A DNA stretch of 64,000 bases. Origin: Epiperipatus broadwayi (lineage: Eukaryota; Animalia; Onychophora). The position numbers were made by a program, and so were the translations under genes. Below the pieces are notes generated by a model, which did no database searches, was not told the origin of the DNA, and was given only the letters and a program-made list of their open reading frames with translations. The DNA is taken from the NCBI GenBank assembly GCA_028023455.1, contig JAQFVV010000001.1, forward strand, positions 9,362,001-9,426,000. Direction: 5' to 3'. Numbering within the stretch: the first letter of the stretch is position 1; every line of letters starts with the position of its first letter. Below are positions 12,201-26,214 of this stretch, piece after piece.

Positions 12201-15200
12201 ACATGCAAATGAAGTTGAAAAATATTAAAATAAGATAGAATTCTTTTTCACATTTTCCTACTTTTTGAAAGAGCAAGAAGAAAGCAAAATAAATTATTTA
12301 TCAAGTAAAAGAAAAAATACACAAGAATTGAATATTTATAATTATTTTAATTTACTTAAAGTGATGGAAATATTCTTTGTACTACAGCTTGTATGGAAGA
12401 TTATGTGCTAAGTTAAAGTAAATAGCTCATTGATTCCTAACCTAGGGTATTACTCAATCTATATTTTTATCAACTAGTTGAAAATTGTTATTGGAAAATG
12501 AAACTCTGCAAACGAATTGTCAGAAAAGAAATAAGGATAATAACACCTTGTGTAATTGCATTTAAGGTTTTACTTAACAATATTGAAAGGAAGAAAAATG
12601 TTTAAAGAAAGAAAAAAGTACTTTCAAGGTAGTGATAAGATATTCTAAAATCAGAACCTCTAATGCTTTGATATTGTTTTTTTCCTTTGTGAATATTCAA
12701 GACAAATAAATGAAAAGAATATTGAACCATTTAAAAAAACTAAAGAATAAAAACTGTTTTGGAACTTGACAACATTATTTTTTGTTATGAAGGAACTATA
12801 AAAATATAATATTTGAACTTGAATTATTTATAGCAAATCTGTATTGTAATTTCTAATAATAAAGTAAATGAAATTATTTTCAGGAGAGCTATCTAACAAT
12901 AAATGATAATTCTTTTTTTATGTGAGAAATTATCACATAAAGTTATAAAAGGAGAGAAAGCATTTGAAATTTTATTGTAATCTCTGACATGAAAAGCACT
13001 CAAGAAAGAAAATTTCCCAAAGAAGATTCTAGTGATTTATTTTATTATCCATTTATTGACTTACTATTTTATGTTATCATTAATAAATTGTTTCCTTATT
13101 TACAAACTTCCTTAATTGTTATTTCATGCATTCACTAAAGCAAGGATAGAATAAAATATTTTTCATAAAACACACAAATTAATTATATTGTATTAGCATA
13201 CTACTATAATATTTTATTTTATACATAACACGTGCTGATAAAATATATGTAATTAATGCCACACACAACCTATAGAAGAACCAATCTACTGTAGCTCTGA
13301 GAATATGCTCTCTGATGTGCACTGTTTGGAATATATGGTAGCAAAAGCAAATGATGTATACAGAATGAGGTTTAGCTAATCAACTATTAGTCTCATTTTA
13401 TTTTACTTGTAAATGTTGTCACTTTTGCTTATATTTTTAGTCATAACAATATGTTATACTTGTGTATATAGTTCTGTCTCAGCAAAAAAAAATCACAATA
13501 TATTTACAGAGGTAATATTTTAACAACAACAACTGTTGATTCAAAATACAATTTTTTTTATTGCAGAATCAGTGATTACAAAAATTTTATCAATTCCTTA
13601 ACTATCAAGCAAGAATAAAAATCCATGATGTCCATAATTAAATCTGATATCACATAAAGTTTTGGCAATCAAACACTTCAGAAACAATTTGAATTTTTAT
13701 GACAATTTTAACTAACATTAAATATTATCCTACTAATAATAATATATTTGAAAAACTTTTTATAACTAGTAAAGTTGCTATAATTTTTACTTACATTCAG
13801 ACACACATTTTTAAGTTGTTGTTTTTTTTTACTTTATAACTCTAAACTTTCCTGAATTAACTATCTGCATAAAATATAAATTATCAATATTGAATACCAA
13901 AATGTAATTAATTTATGCATTTTTTTTCCTCTGGGGACTTCTTTATTATCATTTTTTAAATTTAAAACAAATATAGAGAAGAAAACACATTTCTTTCACA
14001 GACAATTATTAATATCAGCAAGAATAAAAAAACAAAAAAATGTTTTTAATAAAATTCGTAATGATAATTGATAGTAGATTAGTGAAATTTGTCATACAAT
14101 TTCATAAGAGCTTCAAACTTAATAATTGGCATAATAGGTTTCAGATTACTTTTTCCCAGTCATAGAATCATTGAATTAATGCATGGGAAAATTTTCTAGA
14201 GATCTGATAAGTATTGTAATGGGAAGAAACTGTAATGTAGATGAGATAATTATTGTATAGAATTATTTCTTTAATTTGTGAATTTTAATCATTATTTTGA
14301 TGGAAATAAACTTAAACAAAATAGTTTTTGGCAATTAATAAGTTTAACACTTTAAATATATAGATAAATATGCAAACTTTTTTTTTCTTCATACATATAA
14401 ATAGATGAACTTTAAACAAAAAATAAAATATGTAGGTAATAATAATTTTTCAGCAATTCATTATGTCATTAACTTTTTTATCCTAAAGTTTATGCATAGA
14501 GCTATCAAAGTACTAAATTTTTAAAAAAGTAAGTCACTATTTTTGCTAATTTTTAATTTATTCTGAACTTTAATTATTAATTATACTTTAAATAGAGTGA
14601 AGTTTGAAAAGTTTATGATAAAGTTAATTAAAATCAGAAGTACATTAAATTTAACTTTTAAATAGAGATATTAAAAAATTAAGTATAAAACAACTAAATA
14701 ACATTTTTTTCTTCAGCTTGTAGAAATTTCTAGCTATGATATTCTTAGCAATATATATTTAGATATGAATGTTTAAAAATACTTACATGGGTTATTTGAT
14801 TTCTAACATGTTAAATACAATGATAATCCAAAGAGCTTCATGTCTTTTTATAACCTTTGATTGGGTCAAAAGATTTTAGAAACATGTGATAAACTTGGGA
14901 TAAGAGAATTTTGTTAGCAGGAAAAATTATATAACAATATAGATTATTAAATGTCTATATAAAATAATTGAAAAAAAAATTAACATTTTTATTTTTTACT
15001 ATTTTCACATATGATGTAGTGTGGAGGAAACATTAACTCTTTCATATTCAACATTTTTTGCATTATTCCTAAAAGCTGTTGGTTATAGTTCAAAATTTTA
15101 TTTTTAGTATTAAACATTTACCCTATATTACAAAACAATAATTTTACTCGAATCATTAAAAATATAAGTTTACAAATAAAAAAATCCTCAAAAATATTAT

Positions 15201-16833
15201 TTGAACTTTGCAAATATAGAAAATAGAATAAACTGAAATACATATTCAAAACAATAACTGTATGATTTTGTTTTTAGTAAAAAACTGCCACATTGCTTAT
15301 AAAGAAAATGAATTAATAAACTATTTGTTGATTGAACTTCATTACTAAAACTAAAACAAATTATTGTTAGATCATCATGAAGCAATAAAATTCTATTCTA
15401 AAATTTAAAATTACATTAATAATTATTAAAATATAATATTCTATACTATGAATTTGGTGAAAAATATGTCTGGTCATAATTTTGTTTTTATTGTTCAACA
15501 CCTTTCTTCATTTGACTTTTTAGAAACAAAACAAATTTGAATAAAATTTAAATATATTCATGTATATATTGGCTTTTAAATAAATACTCTACACATATTT
15601 TTAGAAATAATTCTGAATACTTAAATAAACTAATGAAAATATACATTTTTTCTTCTGTAAATTTAATAATTGGAATGACCTTGCAAGTACTCTCATAAAG
15701 ATTCTTGAAGTTTGAAAATAAAGAATCTACCAATCAGCAGCATTATTGGTTCATTTGTACAAATTTCTCCATACAAAACTGATTTCTTCAGATTTTTTAA
15801 AAGTAATAAAACAATATATATATATTTTAATGTTAGGAATGTAAAACCAACAAAATAGTCCTATAGATAGCCACAAGAGAGTTGAGGATAGTTGAAAATG
15901 ACCATAATGTCATCAGTAATTCATGCTAAACCTCAGTTCAGAGTCACATAATTAATTAAATATCAGTAAGATAAAGTCATAAACTTTTAAGTTATTCAGA
16001 TTAATTAACTTTAAAGTTTTAGTTCTTGTCACCAAGTTAGTTTATCAAAAGTAGAATTTAAAATTTCACTTTAAATCATGCATGCACAATGTCTTGTTAA
16101 ATATATTTTTGAATAATTTATTTTTATTGAAATTGCTAAATTAAAAATTATGCACACATTTTTTTTAAAAATCCGTTATTTGATATGTGTCCATACTAGT
16201 ACGCATTTAAAATGTGTGTGTAAAAAATAAATTGTTATATTTTAAATCTAATAGGTGTGTCTAACTATATGTACGTTTACATATAATGAATTCATCTAAA
16301 TTTACTTTGTTAGTTTTGATTTAGTTTCTTTTTAGCTACAGGTTCGATTTAATTATTTTCCAATTGATTAAAACACTAAGAATAAAGAATTGAATTTGAA
16401 AAATTATTTTCTTAGATAATTTTTTTTTAATATTTTAATTAGCACAATTATCAATTGTTACATTATATATATATATACACATAGGGAGATTAGAAGTAAA
16501 AATGAAATCGAAAATATATAATGTTATGATAATATTAAAAAAATTGTCTAGACTTTCAAAATCTATTGCAGAATAAAACATTAAAATCAATAGACTTATT
16601 TTATTTTTGAGAATAATTAATGTTTCCTTTTCATAAAAAATGAATTTTCTGAGTAATTTGAATAGTCTTAAAATTTTTACACAATTTTTCCAAAAAAAAA
16701 AAAAATTGAATATCGATTTTATACTAATTAATATTTAGTTAAACAATAGTTAATATAAAGATGAACGTTGAATGGTTTAGCTCAGGCAAACGTATAAATA
16801 TGATTATAAATTATATATGTTTAATGCCTACGT

Positions 16834-18649
16834 AATGATGCATTAAAAAGAATTGAATATCTCGAATTTTGTAAAATGGTGCGGAAAAGAGTTGAAAATT
16901 ACATAAGAAAGTATATCTGTGAACTAGCAAGGAAAGCTGTAGAAGAAAATGAAAGTCTTAAGAATGTAAAACAACATTTTTGTATTGATAGGAAATTTAT
17001 ATCTGCAATAAGAAAAAAAGATGGAATTATTACTAAAAAGAGAGATGACATCATGAAATTGGTAGAAGATTTTTATCAAGAATTATATAGTAATAAAGAA
17101 CAAGTACGTCCTATATCTATTACATCTTCTGAATTGCCCAGAATTTTAAATGAAGAAGTGAGACATGCAATTAAATGTATGAAGAAAGGAAAGGCTCCAG
17201 GTAATGATGGAATTATAATTGATATATTAAAAGAAGCAGATGAAGAAATAGATTTTTTTTTAGCAAAGTTATATACCAAATGTCTAAATGATAAAGATGT
17301 ACCAGATGATTGGAAGAATGCAGTGATAATATTAATATTTAAAAAAGGTGATAAAGAAGATATTAGAAATTACAGACCTATCAGCCTTTTATCAGTGTTA
17401 TATAAAATTTTTACCAAGATAATTACAACTCGTCTACAGAGAACATTGGATTTCCACCAACCAAGAGAACAAGCTGGATTTAAAAGTGGTTTTAGTACAG
17501 TAGGTCATATCTAGGTATTGAGAGAAGTTATAGAAAGGACAAATAAATATGAGTTGTCATTATGTTTTAGATTTGTAGATTATGAAAAGGCATTTGATTC
17601 TATAAACATTTCTTCAATGATTAAAGCATTGGATCATCAAGCTATAGATCCAGGATATTGTCATATTTTAAGAAATATTTATAAAAATGCAACAGCAACA
17701 ATTAGATTACATAATGACACTGGGAAAGTGAACATTGAGAAAGGTGTAAGACAACGTGACTCCATATCTCCAAAACTTTTTACAGCAGTGCTGCAAGAAG
17801 TATTTTGTGGATTAAAATGGAAAACTAAAGAAGTGAAAGTAAATGGAGATTATTTAAGTCATTTAGATTTCACAGATGATGTAGTTGTTTTTGCAAATAA
17901 TGCTTCAGAGCTGCAGAAATGTTGCAGGAATTATCAGATGAAAGTAGGAAAGTAGGACTAGAGATAAATGATAAAAAGACTAAAGTAACATTTAATCGAT
18001 TTGCTCAAAATATGAAAATAAAGGTTGATTATGACAAATTAGAAGAAGTTAACAGTTACAAATACCTTGGTAAGATTATTAATACAGATGAAAACATAAT
18101 GGATAAAATTAATCATAAAATTAAACTTGGTTGGAGTGCTTTTGGTAGAAACAACTTGATACTAAAGGGAAATATGCCTATGTGTTTGAAAAGGAAGGAT
18201 TTTAACAAATGTGTTTTACCAGTTCTTACTTATGGATCTGAGACTTGGACACTTAATAGAAGAGCAATGCAAAGACTTCAGACCACTCAAAAAAGTATGG
18301 AGAGATATATGTTGGGAGTAACAAGAAATGATCATAACCACAATGTATGGGTAAGAGAACAAACAGGTGTTACTGAACTCATTGAAAAAATTAAAAGATT
18401 GAAGTGGAGTTGGGCTGGATATATTGTTAGAAGAGATGATAATAGATGGACAATTGAAATTTTAAACTCGATTCCAAGAGATTGTAAAAGACCTTGAAAG
18501 AGACCACATGTGAGATGGATGGATGAAATAAGAAAGTGTGCAGGGGTGATGTGGAGAAGAGAAGCTAAAGATCGCAGAAGATGGATTAAACTTGGAGAGA
18601 CCTTCATCATGCAGTGGATTGATAATGGTTGATAATGATGATGATGATG
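16834..18649 (+). mobile_element. 5'-truncated RTE-clade non-LTR retrotransposon (RT and C-terminus, disrupted)
   Basis: ORFs 16876-17514, 17518-17955 and 17919-18497 contain KAPGNDG, NYRPISLLS, REQAGF, VDYEKAFDS, GVRQRDSISPKLF, FTDD, KYLG, TYGSETW and KWSWAG. The 3' end reads GGAGAGACCTTCATCATGCAGTGG plus a (GAT)n tail. The TSD is AATGCCTACGT (16823-33) / AATGCGTACGT (18650-60). Confidence 0.95.
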
Positions 18650-20431
18650 AATGCGTACGTGCGTTTATGTTTATATATATATATATATATAATGTTTTCT
18701 AAGGCAGTATGCAACTTCTTTATACAAAATGTTTCTTATATATGTAAATATAAGGATTTGAAGTCAGGATTTTTCAGTCTATTCGTTCTGCGCGAAATAC
18801 ACATATGGGTGATCATATATTTTTTTCGCATATGTGTGGTCATGTGCTGCGGTTGTTTGAGATGTAGTGGAGGATGAATAGAAATCCCTCTACTTATATA
18901 TAATGTCTATAAATGGAACACCAATTCATTATTATTTTTAAAATGTAGTGCTTTTATTATTGTAAGTAAAAATCTATTTTGTTCAATTTAATTCAAAATA
19001 GAATCTATAATAATAATGTACATTAGTATTAAAAATAAGAATAATATTGTGTCAAATACTCTGTATTTTTTTGAAAGTTTGTGATGATGGTATTTTAATT
19101 GTAATTATATGCGTAGATTATTTTATATTATGTAATATTAAATGTCAAATGACTTCAGAGAAATTCAACGTTTCAAAACGTTCAACTGTTATTAACAGCA
19201 TATACTTTTAATACTCGATCTAAAAGCGGCAACAATGTCTAATTTGTTTAAAAAAGTTTTATTCTGAAATAATTTATAAAATATATATTTTTTATAGTAA
19301 TCAGTAAGAATATACGTCGAAAAACAAGCAAAAAAGTCACATTAATCTTATTATTTGTAATGGATTATATATATATATATATAATTTTTAAATAAGATCG
19401 CAGTCATTAATATTATTTATTCAAACATACAGCTCAGGCGTTAAAAAAACCATAAATCAATCTTACTAGATGATTCAAGTTTTACAAATATCACAATACC
19501 ATTTACCATTGTTCTCTCTTTAATGAATTTGATGCAAATTGTAAAATCTCTTCAGCAGAATGCATATGCATAAACAAATTTATTATTTCTTTTCACATTA
19601 ATACTCAATAATAAATCACTTTTAAAATCTAAAAATATTAATATTTATTTAATCTAAAAATATATATATATATTAAATACTAAATATATTTAACTAATAT
19701 AGATTGACGACATGGCTAATTATATAATAAAATATTTTCTACGTATGACTATATATATATAATTGAATTTTAAGATGGCAAACGTTAATATTATTTATTA
19801 GAAAAATACAGCGCGTAACACTAGAAAAATGTAACAACTTTTATTACGTTTTTAATTGAACTAATATCATGCATGACTTAAAACAGTAATAGAGTGGCAG
19901 GACCTAGAGCTCAAAATCCATGGTTTACAGCTCAATTTTGTCATTTCTAATGTTCAAACCTCATATAAATTTTCATAAAGAACTCCGAACAACATTCCAT
20001 TTGATTTTTTTAAAATTGAACTAATCTTATCAATGTTTGTAATTTGAATTGATATAATATTCGTTATGTAAATAACAAACAATTATAAACAACTTTAAGA
20101 TATGCAAATACTTTGATCCATTTGATGATATTAGTTGATCAAAATGCAAAAATAGAAATTGTTTATATTTTCTCAATGTCTTAAATTAGAATGTTAACAA
20201 GTAACATTAATGACTGTAATCTTGTTAAAGAATTATATTACACTAAACACATATATAGAGAATGTAATTATACAAAAAAAATCATTGTTAATTATAATAT
20301 TTTGTCTTAAATGTAAAGTTAATTTTAAATCTGGATTATCAGAATATTAATAATTTCAGATCTTAAAGTATGAAGTGATGTAATAATATTATATCTATAA
20401 GTGCAGTCTATTAATATGACTTTATTATATA

Positions 20432-21229
20432 TATGAAGAGATACCCAAAAATGCAAAATTGTTCTCTGGAAGATGAGTGAATTGTAAAGTATGCTTTTGC
20501 TTCTAGTTGCCTCTCATGGAGATACCCTCCAACAATCTACTAACTACCATGATCAAGTAAAGTTGTGATGCTATATGGTAAATTTTTTGCTAAACATGTC
20601 TCACTTATTTGTCAATTTTGTGGTGGCTGAAAAGAACAAAGTAAAATTTTGTTTTCTGTTATGACAAAATGGCAGTGGAAACAGTTGAAATATTTGAAGC
20701 AATTTACAAGCAAGCTGCTCTGGGGAAAACACAAGTTTATAACTGGTTTAATGAACGAGTTCAAATTCATTTTGTCTTTAAAAAGTATAGCAAGTGAAGT
20801 TAAATATCAAGATGATGATGATTTTTGTTGTAAATGGCATTGTTCACTCAGTTCAAATGATCAGGGATTTTATCTATAAGTTTTAAAACATTTGCATGGT
20901 GTGATGAGATGAAAAATCTTGATTTCCAATAAAGTGAGAGTGGTAGCTTCACCAAAACAATGTGAAAGCACTCAGATTCTGGAATGTAAAACAATTTTTA
21001 ACCAAAACCAACACTTATAACTTATTCATCCATTGTATATAACTGACCTCACTCTGTGTGACCATTTTTTATTCCCCTGAATTAAAGAATGACTGTTTTG
21101 AAAAGTGAAATATACATTTATACCAGTTCATTGCATTAATATTTTGAAGAAGATTCAATTCATAACATCTAAAAATAAATACACAATTTTTTATTGCAAA
21201 ATTTTGTTTTGGGGGAATGTCTCCTCATA
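20432..21229 (+). mobile_element. Internally deleted mariner (Tc1/mariner) DNA transposon
   Basis: HTH-like AVETVEIFEAIYKQAALGKTQVYNWFNER (from 20672) and HPLYITDLTLCDHFLFP (~21027-21078, a degenerate YSPDLAP motif). Diverged TA-terminated TIRs TATGAAGAGATACCC / GGAATGTCTCCTCATA. Confidence 0.8.
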
Positions 21230-21620
21230 CATCAATATATTTTTTATAAAAATATTAAATAGAAGTCATTAATTTCATACAAGAGTGGATACCATTTTCT
21301 TCCAAGGACTATTTCAATATTTGTAATATCCATGGCTCATATAAAACTATTGACCTAAAAATTAGCCTGAAACATTTGATCAAACATTTAACTAATTTAC
21401 CACTAATCATTAGGTGTGCTCAAACTTTTCAGCTGACAGGCCACTTTCAACTTGACCTTTTAAAATGAGTGTCATAATTTTTGTGAATTAAAAATAAAAT
21501 AACATCAGTATTATTAATGACTGCTTTATACTTAATGACAATTTTTACAATTTACCTTGTAACAATTGTTCATGACATATTTATATTGTCTAATTTCTAT
21601 TTATGTTCTGTATATTGCTT

Positions 21621-21806
21621 ACAATAACTCCCCTCATACACGCTTTAATGCAAATATTTTTAATGATTCTTTTATTTTCCTCTATCTTTTAAAATAACTG
21701 ATTTTTTAATCACTCTGATGAAGACTGTAGGACAGTCAAAACTGTCAAAAAAATAAAGGAATCATGAAAAAAAATTTGCATTAAAGTGTATATGAGAGGA
21801 GTTATT

Positions 21807-21808
<2 letters not shown>
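21621..21808 (+). repeat. Hairpin (~58-bp arms) enclosing a hammerhead-like core; probable Penelope-like terminal remnant
   Basis: 21621-21678 pairs with ~21749-21808 (about 6 mismatches and 1 indel). The loop contains CTGATGA-AGACTG-TAGGA-CAGTC-AAAAC at 21715-21746. Confidence 0.75.
21711..21748 (+). ncRNA. Degenerate hammerhead ribozyme motif (GAAA mutated to AAAA, likely inactive)
   Basis: CUGAUGA core and a 5-bp stem II (GACUG/CAGUC), then AAAACUGUC. Stem I pairing is poor. Confidence 0.55.
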
Positions 21809-21856
<48 letters not shown>

Positions 21857-21877
21857 AATAACTCCTCTTTTCATTTC

Positions 21878-21913
<36 letters not shown>

Positions 21914-21925
21914 GAAATGAAAAGA
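21795..21925. repeat. Two abutting perfect palindromes centred on (TA)n
   Basis: AGAGGAGTTATTGTGA-(TA)n-TCACAATAACTCCTCT, then TTTCATTTCTTC-(AT)n-GAAGAAATGAAA. Confidence 0.9.
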
Positions 21926-22194
21926 AAGTAAAAAGAGAAAAATAAGAATATACTTTTTATGTTCTGAACAGATTAATGTTTCAGTAGCTAGAATGAAGTT
22001 ATTTATAAACACCCATTCAGAAAATAGTTTTGAAGTTTCTGCCTTTTTTTATAAGATATATCAGTCAGTTGATGAAGCTCATTTTCAAGTTTTCTATTTT
22101 AATATTTCTTTATTTTCCAAAAATTTTCTTGTAAACATAATGTTAATAAATAGTGTTCATTATTAAACTCTTTTGCATCAGTTATGACTAAAAA

Positions 22195-22900
22195 TGAGAC
22201 AGGCTTCACATCACTCTAATTCCATCATTTTTAACACTATGGGAAAGATTTTATGATCATTTGAAAAGTTATAAAAAGTTCCGTAAGATGCTGCCCTCTC
22301 TTGAATTATTTTACAAGTAAAAATAAATAAACTGACATTGAATGTCTAGCAAAGGAAGAGGGCAGTACTTCCTTGATGCTGATTGGCTGTTAACCATCAA
22401 GGTCAAAAGAAATCGCTTGTCAATAATGAAACCACAATTTCTTTTCTTTCATTTCGAAAGTGATAAACGAATGTTTTAGACCATTTTAAAAGTATTTTTT
22501 GACATATTATAAATTATTTTGATAAAATATGCTAAAAATAAAATTATTTTAAAAAAATAGTTAAGACTTTAGCAAAAATTATTTACTTTTCCACAACGTA
22601 AAATTGGGAAAGAAATCACTGATGTCAGCAAAACTTTTTAGTTGGTGAGTAACTTCATTTTAGATTTGCTGCTATCGAATATTTTTATAATTATAAATAA
22701 AAATTTATTTTTGAAAAAACTTTCGTTCACTTTTATAACCTGACAAATTATTAATATACTTTTTACAAATCAAACTAAATTGAATATAATATTAAAAGAT
22801 GAATATATTTTGACAGTTGAGTTTGTGAATTGACCAATTAAAAGTTTAGACTTTTACCTCACTTGACCAAAAAAATAATAAGCAATAAATAGGTTAATTG
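22195..22900 (+). repeat. Unclassified ~700-bp interspersed repeat, copy 1 (copy 2 at ~30158-30890)
   Basis: Collinear shared blocks include TCACTCTAA, AAAAGTTC.GTAAGATG, TTATTTTACAAGTAAAAA, CTGATTGGCTG, TTTCATTTCGAA, AACTTTCGTTC, ATAACCTGA.AAATTA.TAATATACTTTTTA, CCAATTAAAAG and TTTTACCTCA. Confidence 0.8.
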
Positions 22901-23569
22901 AGATAGTTTCCAGGCATATTAGTTACATTGATTTACTATTTCTTCCTATTAAAGAAATATGCATTGATCCATTTTTATTAAAATATGCTATTTTCTGTGA
23001 TTTAATCTTACTAAATGTAGGCATTGTAATAAAAATAAAAAAAGCAAAATCATAATAATAAAACAAAGTAAAATTCTAATTTTACTTTTTATGAATATAC
23101 CATTAGTCTGTGAAAAATTACTATAAAACAAACAAAATGCTTTAGCATTATCAATTAAATCTATAGTCAGATAGACCACACAATATTGATAATTTGTTGG
23201 AATATTGCATCTCTGATAGAATGAACTAGAACTATTATAAAATTGGATTTAGTTGAAAAAGTAAATATTTTATTTCTTTTATTTCAGTATTAGAAGTATA
23301 TACATGTTTAAATAGAAGTTTTATATAAAGTTATTTTATATACGTTTTTTGAAAATGTCTGGGTGCCATATTGAGATTTTTTGGGAGCTGGAGTTTGTTC
23401 CAGAACTAAAGGTTTTCCACTCCTGATCTAACAATTTATATGTTTTTATTTCTATCAAAATATCTATTTATATGTTTTTATTTCTATCAAAATATCTATT
23501 TATTATTATTATTCAATACCTTTTTAAAACTTTCATTTACATATATGAATACTATTTGTAAAGTCTTTT

Positions 23570-25495
23570 AAAATAATCCAGTAATAATATAACATTGCAG
23601 GGTATTATTTATCTTTGTAATGCTTCTTATCAATTATTTCTGACAAAAATTTTCACTGTGTTCATAGGGAAAACATGTAACAGATAATAGATTATATGTA
23701 GTTTCCATGACATTTTTCAGCCCATTTTAGAGTCCACCCAGAAAAATCATTTTCACCTCTGACATTTCTTAAGAACTTATATGGCACAGTTTTGAAAGCT
23801 TTTTACATTTTCCTTTGCTGTCCTTTAATTGACTTTTAAATGCCTCATCCTCTTGAAAATGTCTAATCTGGAGACCTATAATTTTTTTTTATTTCTCTGA
23901 TTATCATTGAAAATAGTTGATAAGAACAAGAAAATGCATTACCATTACTACTGAGAGTCTTTATATATTGTTTCATAAATACCAGCTTAATATATAGCAA
24001 TGAAAAGATGATTTTTATTTGGAATAACAAATAACTGATAAAATTACTTTCTTCTTGCTTAGTGTAAGTGATGATTGACGAGGCAAAACTCTCTGTAATG
24101 AATTAATCTCTTATGACTGTTTCATTCCTATAGATAAAATCTTTGGGGTAGTTTTGCTGTAATCTTATTACAATAAGGTTAATTTTAAAATCACATCACA
24201 CATACCAGTCATGATTCTTTTATTGAACAAGTCTTAAAAGGTTATTTATGGTTGTTTGGCTTTAGTTTACATTATATTAGTTAGTGAAACTGAAGGAATG
24301 CATTTTCACTGTGCAAAAGTACTATCTTAAAACTGATTTTTAAAGAAATTTTAAATAAATGTCATTCATTGTGATTGTATTTGATTTCCAAAGCTATCAT
24401 AACAGAATTAATATTGTCATAGAAAGTGAGATCATTTTCATCAGCATAAAACTGTACATTATCAGTGAAAGCAAATGACTGCCACATTTTCTGTAATGCA
24501 ACTTTATTATCTCTACCTAAAAGTCAAAAGTTTTGCTTTATTCTTAGGCAATTCTGGATTCTTGATAAAATCAATGCATTGTCCCAGTGTTATTTTCTAC
24601 CATTCCTCAAAAATATTAAGTACAAACTCTAGACCAATTGATCATGATCTTGCCAATTTGTTTATTTGTGGTTCATTTACTTCATTATGCATTTGGATAT
24701 TTCTGAAATACTTTTTTACTGTGCAGTAAAGGCCACAACACAGAAATTATATTAGGTAGCTACTTGATGTTTTTATCTTCTTAATCATCTTTTTAACATT
24801 GGGTATCATGTAAAAATAATAATTTGTAATTTGCAAATGAAATAATTGGACTTTTTCCATGCAGTCACTACCTGATAGTTTTTTGTTTTGATCTTCTACT
24901 TTACAATCAAAGTATAAGTAACAGTTTTTTATGTGATTATTATTATATGTTTACTGAAGTCAAATATAACATTGCTACAAATGTAATGAAACTGCTTTGT
25001 GTTGCTTGCACATTTATGTTAACATATTTCAAGATGGTAAACATAAAGTAACACAAATAAAAGTGTCCTTAATGTATGCTTTAAATGCAAAAGAACAAAA
25101 ATAACTCAGTGACTGAATAATAAATAAATAAATTCAACTTGCTTCTCAATCTGCACACTATCCCTTCTTATGAAACATGAACACATCTCATGCACTCAAG
25201 GTCAACCAACAGCATATGCATTCACCCAAGCAAGCAGATTTGTCTGATTTGAAAAAAAAAGGATTAAAAGTGATGTTTAGGATAAACACTTCATTTTAAA
25301 ACTTGTGTGTCAGATAGAATATGAATAAAAAAAATATCACTGTAAACCACATATACAGTTGTGAAATAAAAAATATAAAAATTATCACAAATACTGACAG
25401 AAAAATTGTTTAATTTCCCAAACATATTGTAACTGAAAAATTGTAACAAATATGGAGAAATACTTTAATTCATCAAAATTTGTGTTTTCACAGTG
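23570..25495 (-). mobile_element. Decayed Chapaev3 / CMC-type DNA transposon transposase
   Basis: Minus-strand remnants occur in the order expected for this family: YFDCKVEDQNK, ISVLWPLLHS, ELPKNKAKLL, E*HLF...KIVLLHSEN, LLYIKLVFMKQYIKTL (compare PLHIKLGLMKQFVKAL), KAFKTV..KFLRN, EHSENF (compare SDEHGERFHQ). A candidate CACTG terminus ends at 25495. Many stops and frameshifts. Confidence 0.7.
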
Positions 25496-26214
25496 GTTTT
25501 TTACTTTTGCCTTCTAATTTCCAAACAAGAATCAGTCTCATAGTTTCAATATCATTATTGAGTTTTGCAGCACAAAATTATATAAAACTGTGTGTCCATT
25601 AAAATTTTTTTAATATAATTTTTAAGCAACAGTGTAATCAATATAATTAGTTTTCTCCATTCTTAAAAATTGCAATAATGTGAAATGTTACAAATTGGCA
25701 TTATTGATTAACACTATTGGTATTTTTTAAAAAAAAAATCCTTCATAAATAGCTATTAACATTATTTTTTCAATTTATTTAAGATTTAGAAGCAATTACA
25801 AGACTGATTAAATATTGTGTAATTGAATTAACCTGTATAAATCCTCTACATAAGTATACGATTTATTTTTCCGATATTTTTTTTTTTTTTATAGAAATTT
25901 TAACAAACATAAATTTGATAGATAATATTTAAAAATAATAAATATATAAAGTCATTGTAGTTTAAAAAGATTATTAAAAATGCCACTTTTAAATGTTTAC
26001 ATTAATTTTTTGTCAAGTTTAATAACGTTACATAATCAAGCTTTAATATAGATACAACACAATATATATATATAAATTAAATACTACCTCATTATACCTG
26101 TAATTATAAATAAAATAGAACAATCATATGACATTACAATACAAGTAAAATTAAAATTCTTCCGTGTTATTTGTTGAATTTCATTTAAAAAGATCTTGTA
26201 TTTTTTTTTCTCAT

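Noticed and set aside
13259-13379. Plus-strand protein-like frame (HTQPIEEPIYCSSENMLSDVHCLEYMVAKANDVYRMR)
   Set aside because: It is bounded by stops, has weak splice signals and shows no recognisable family.
23340-23424. hAT-like right terminus (GGTTTTCCACTCCTG)
   Set aside because: I could not find a matching left TIR or TSD.
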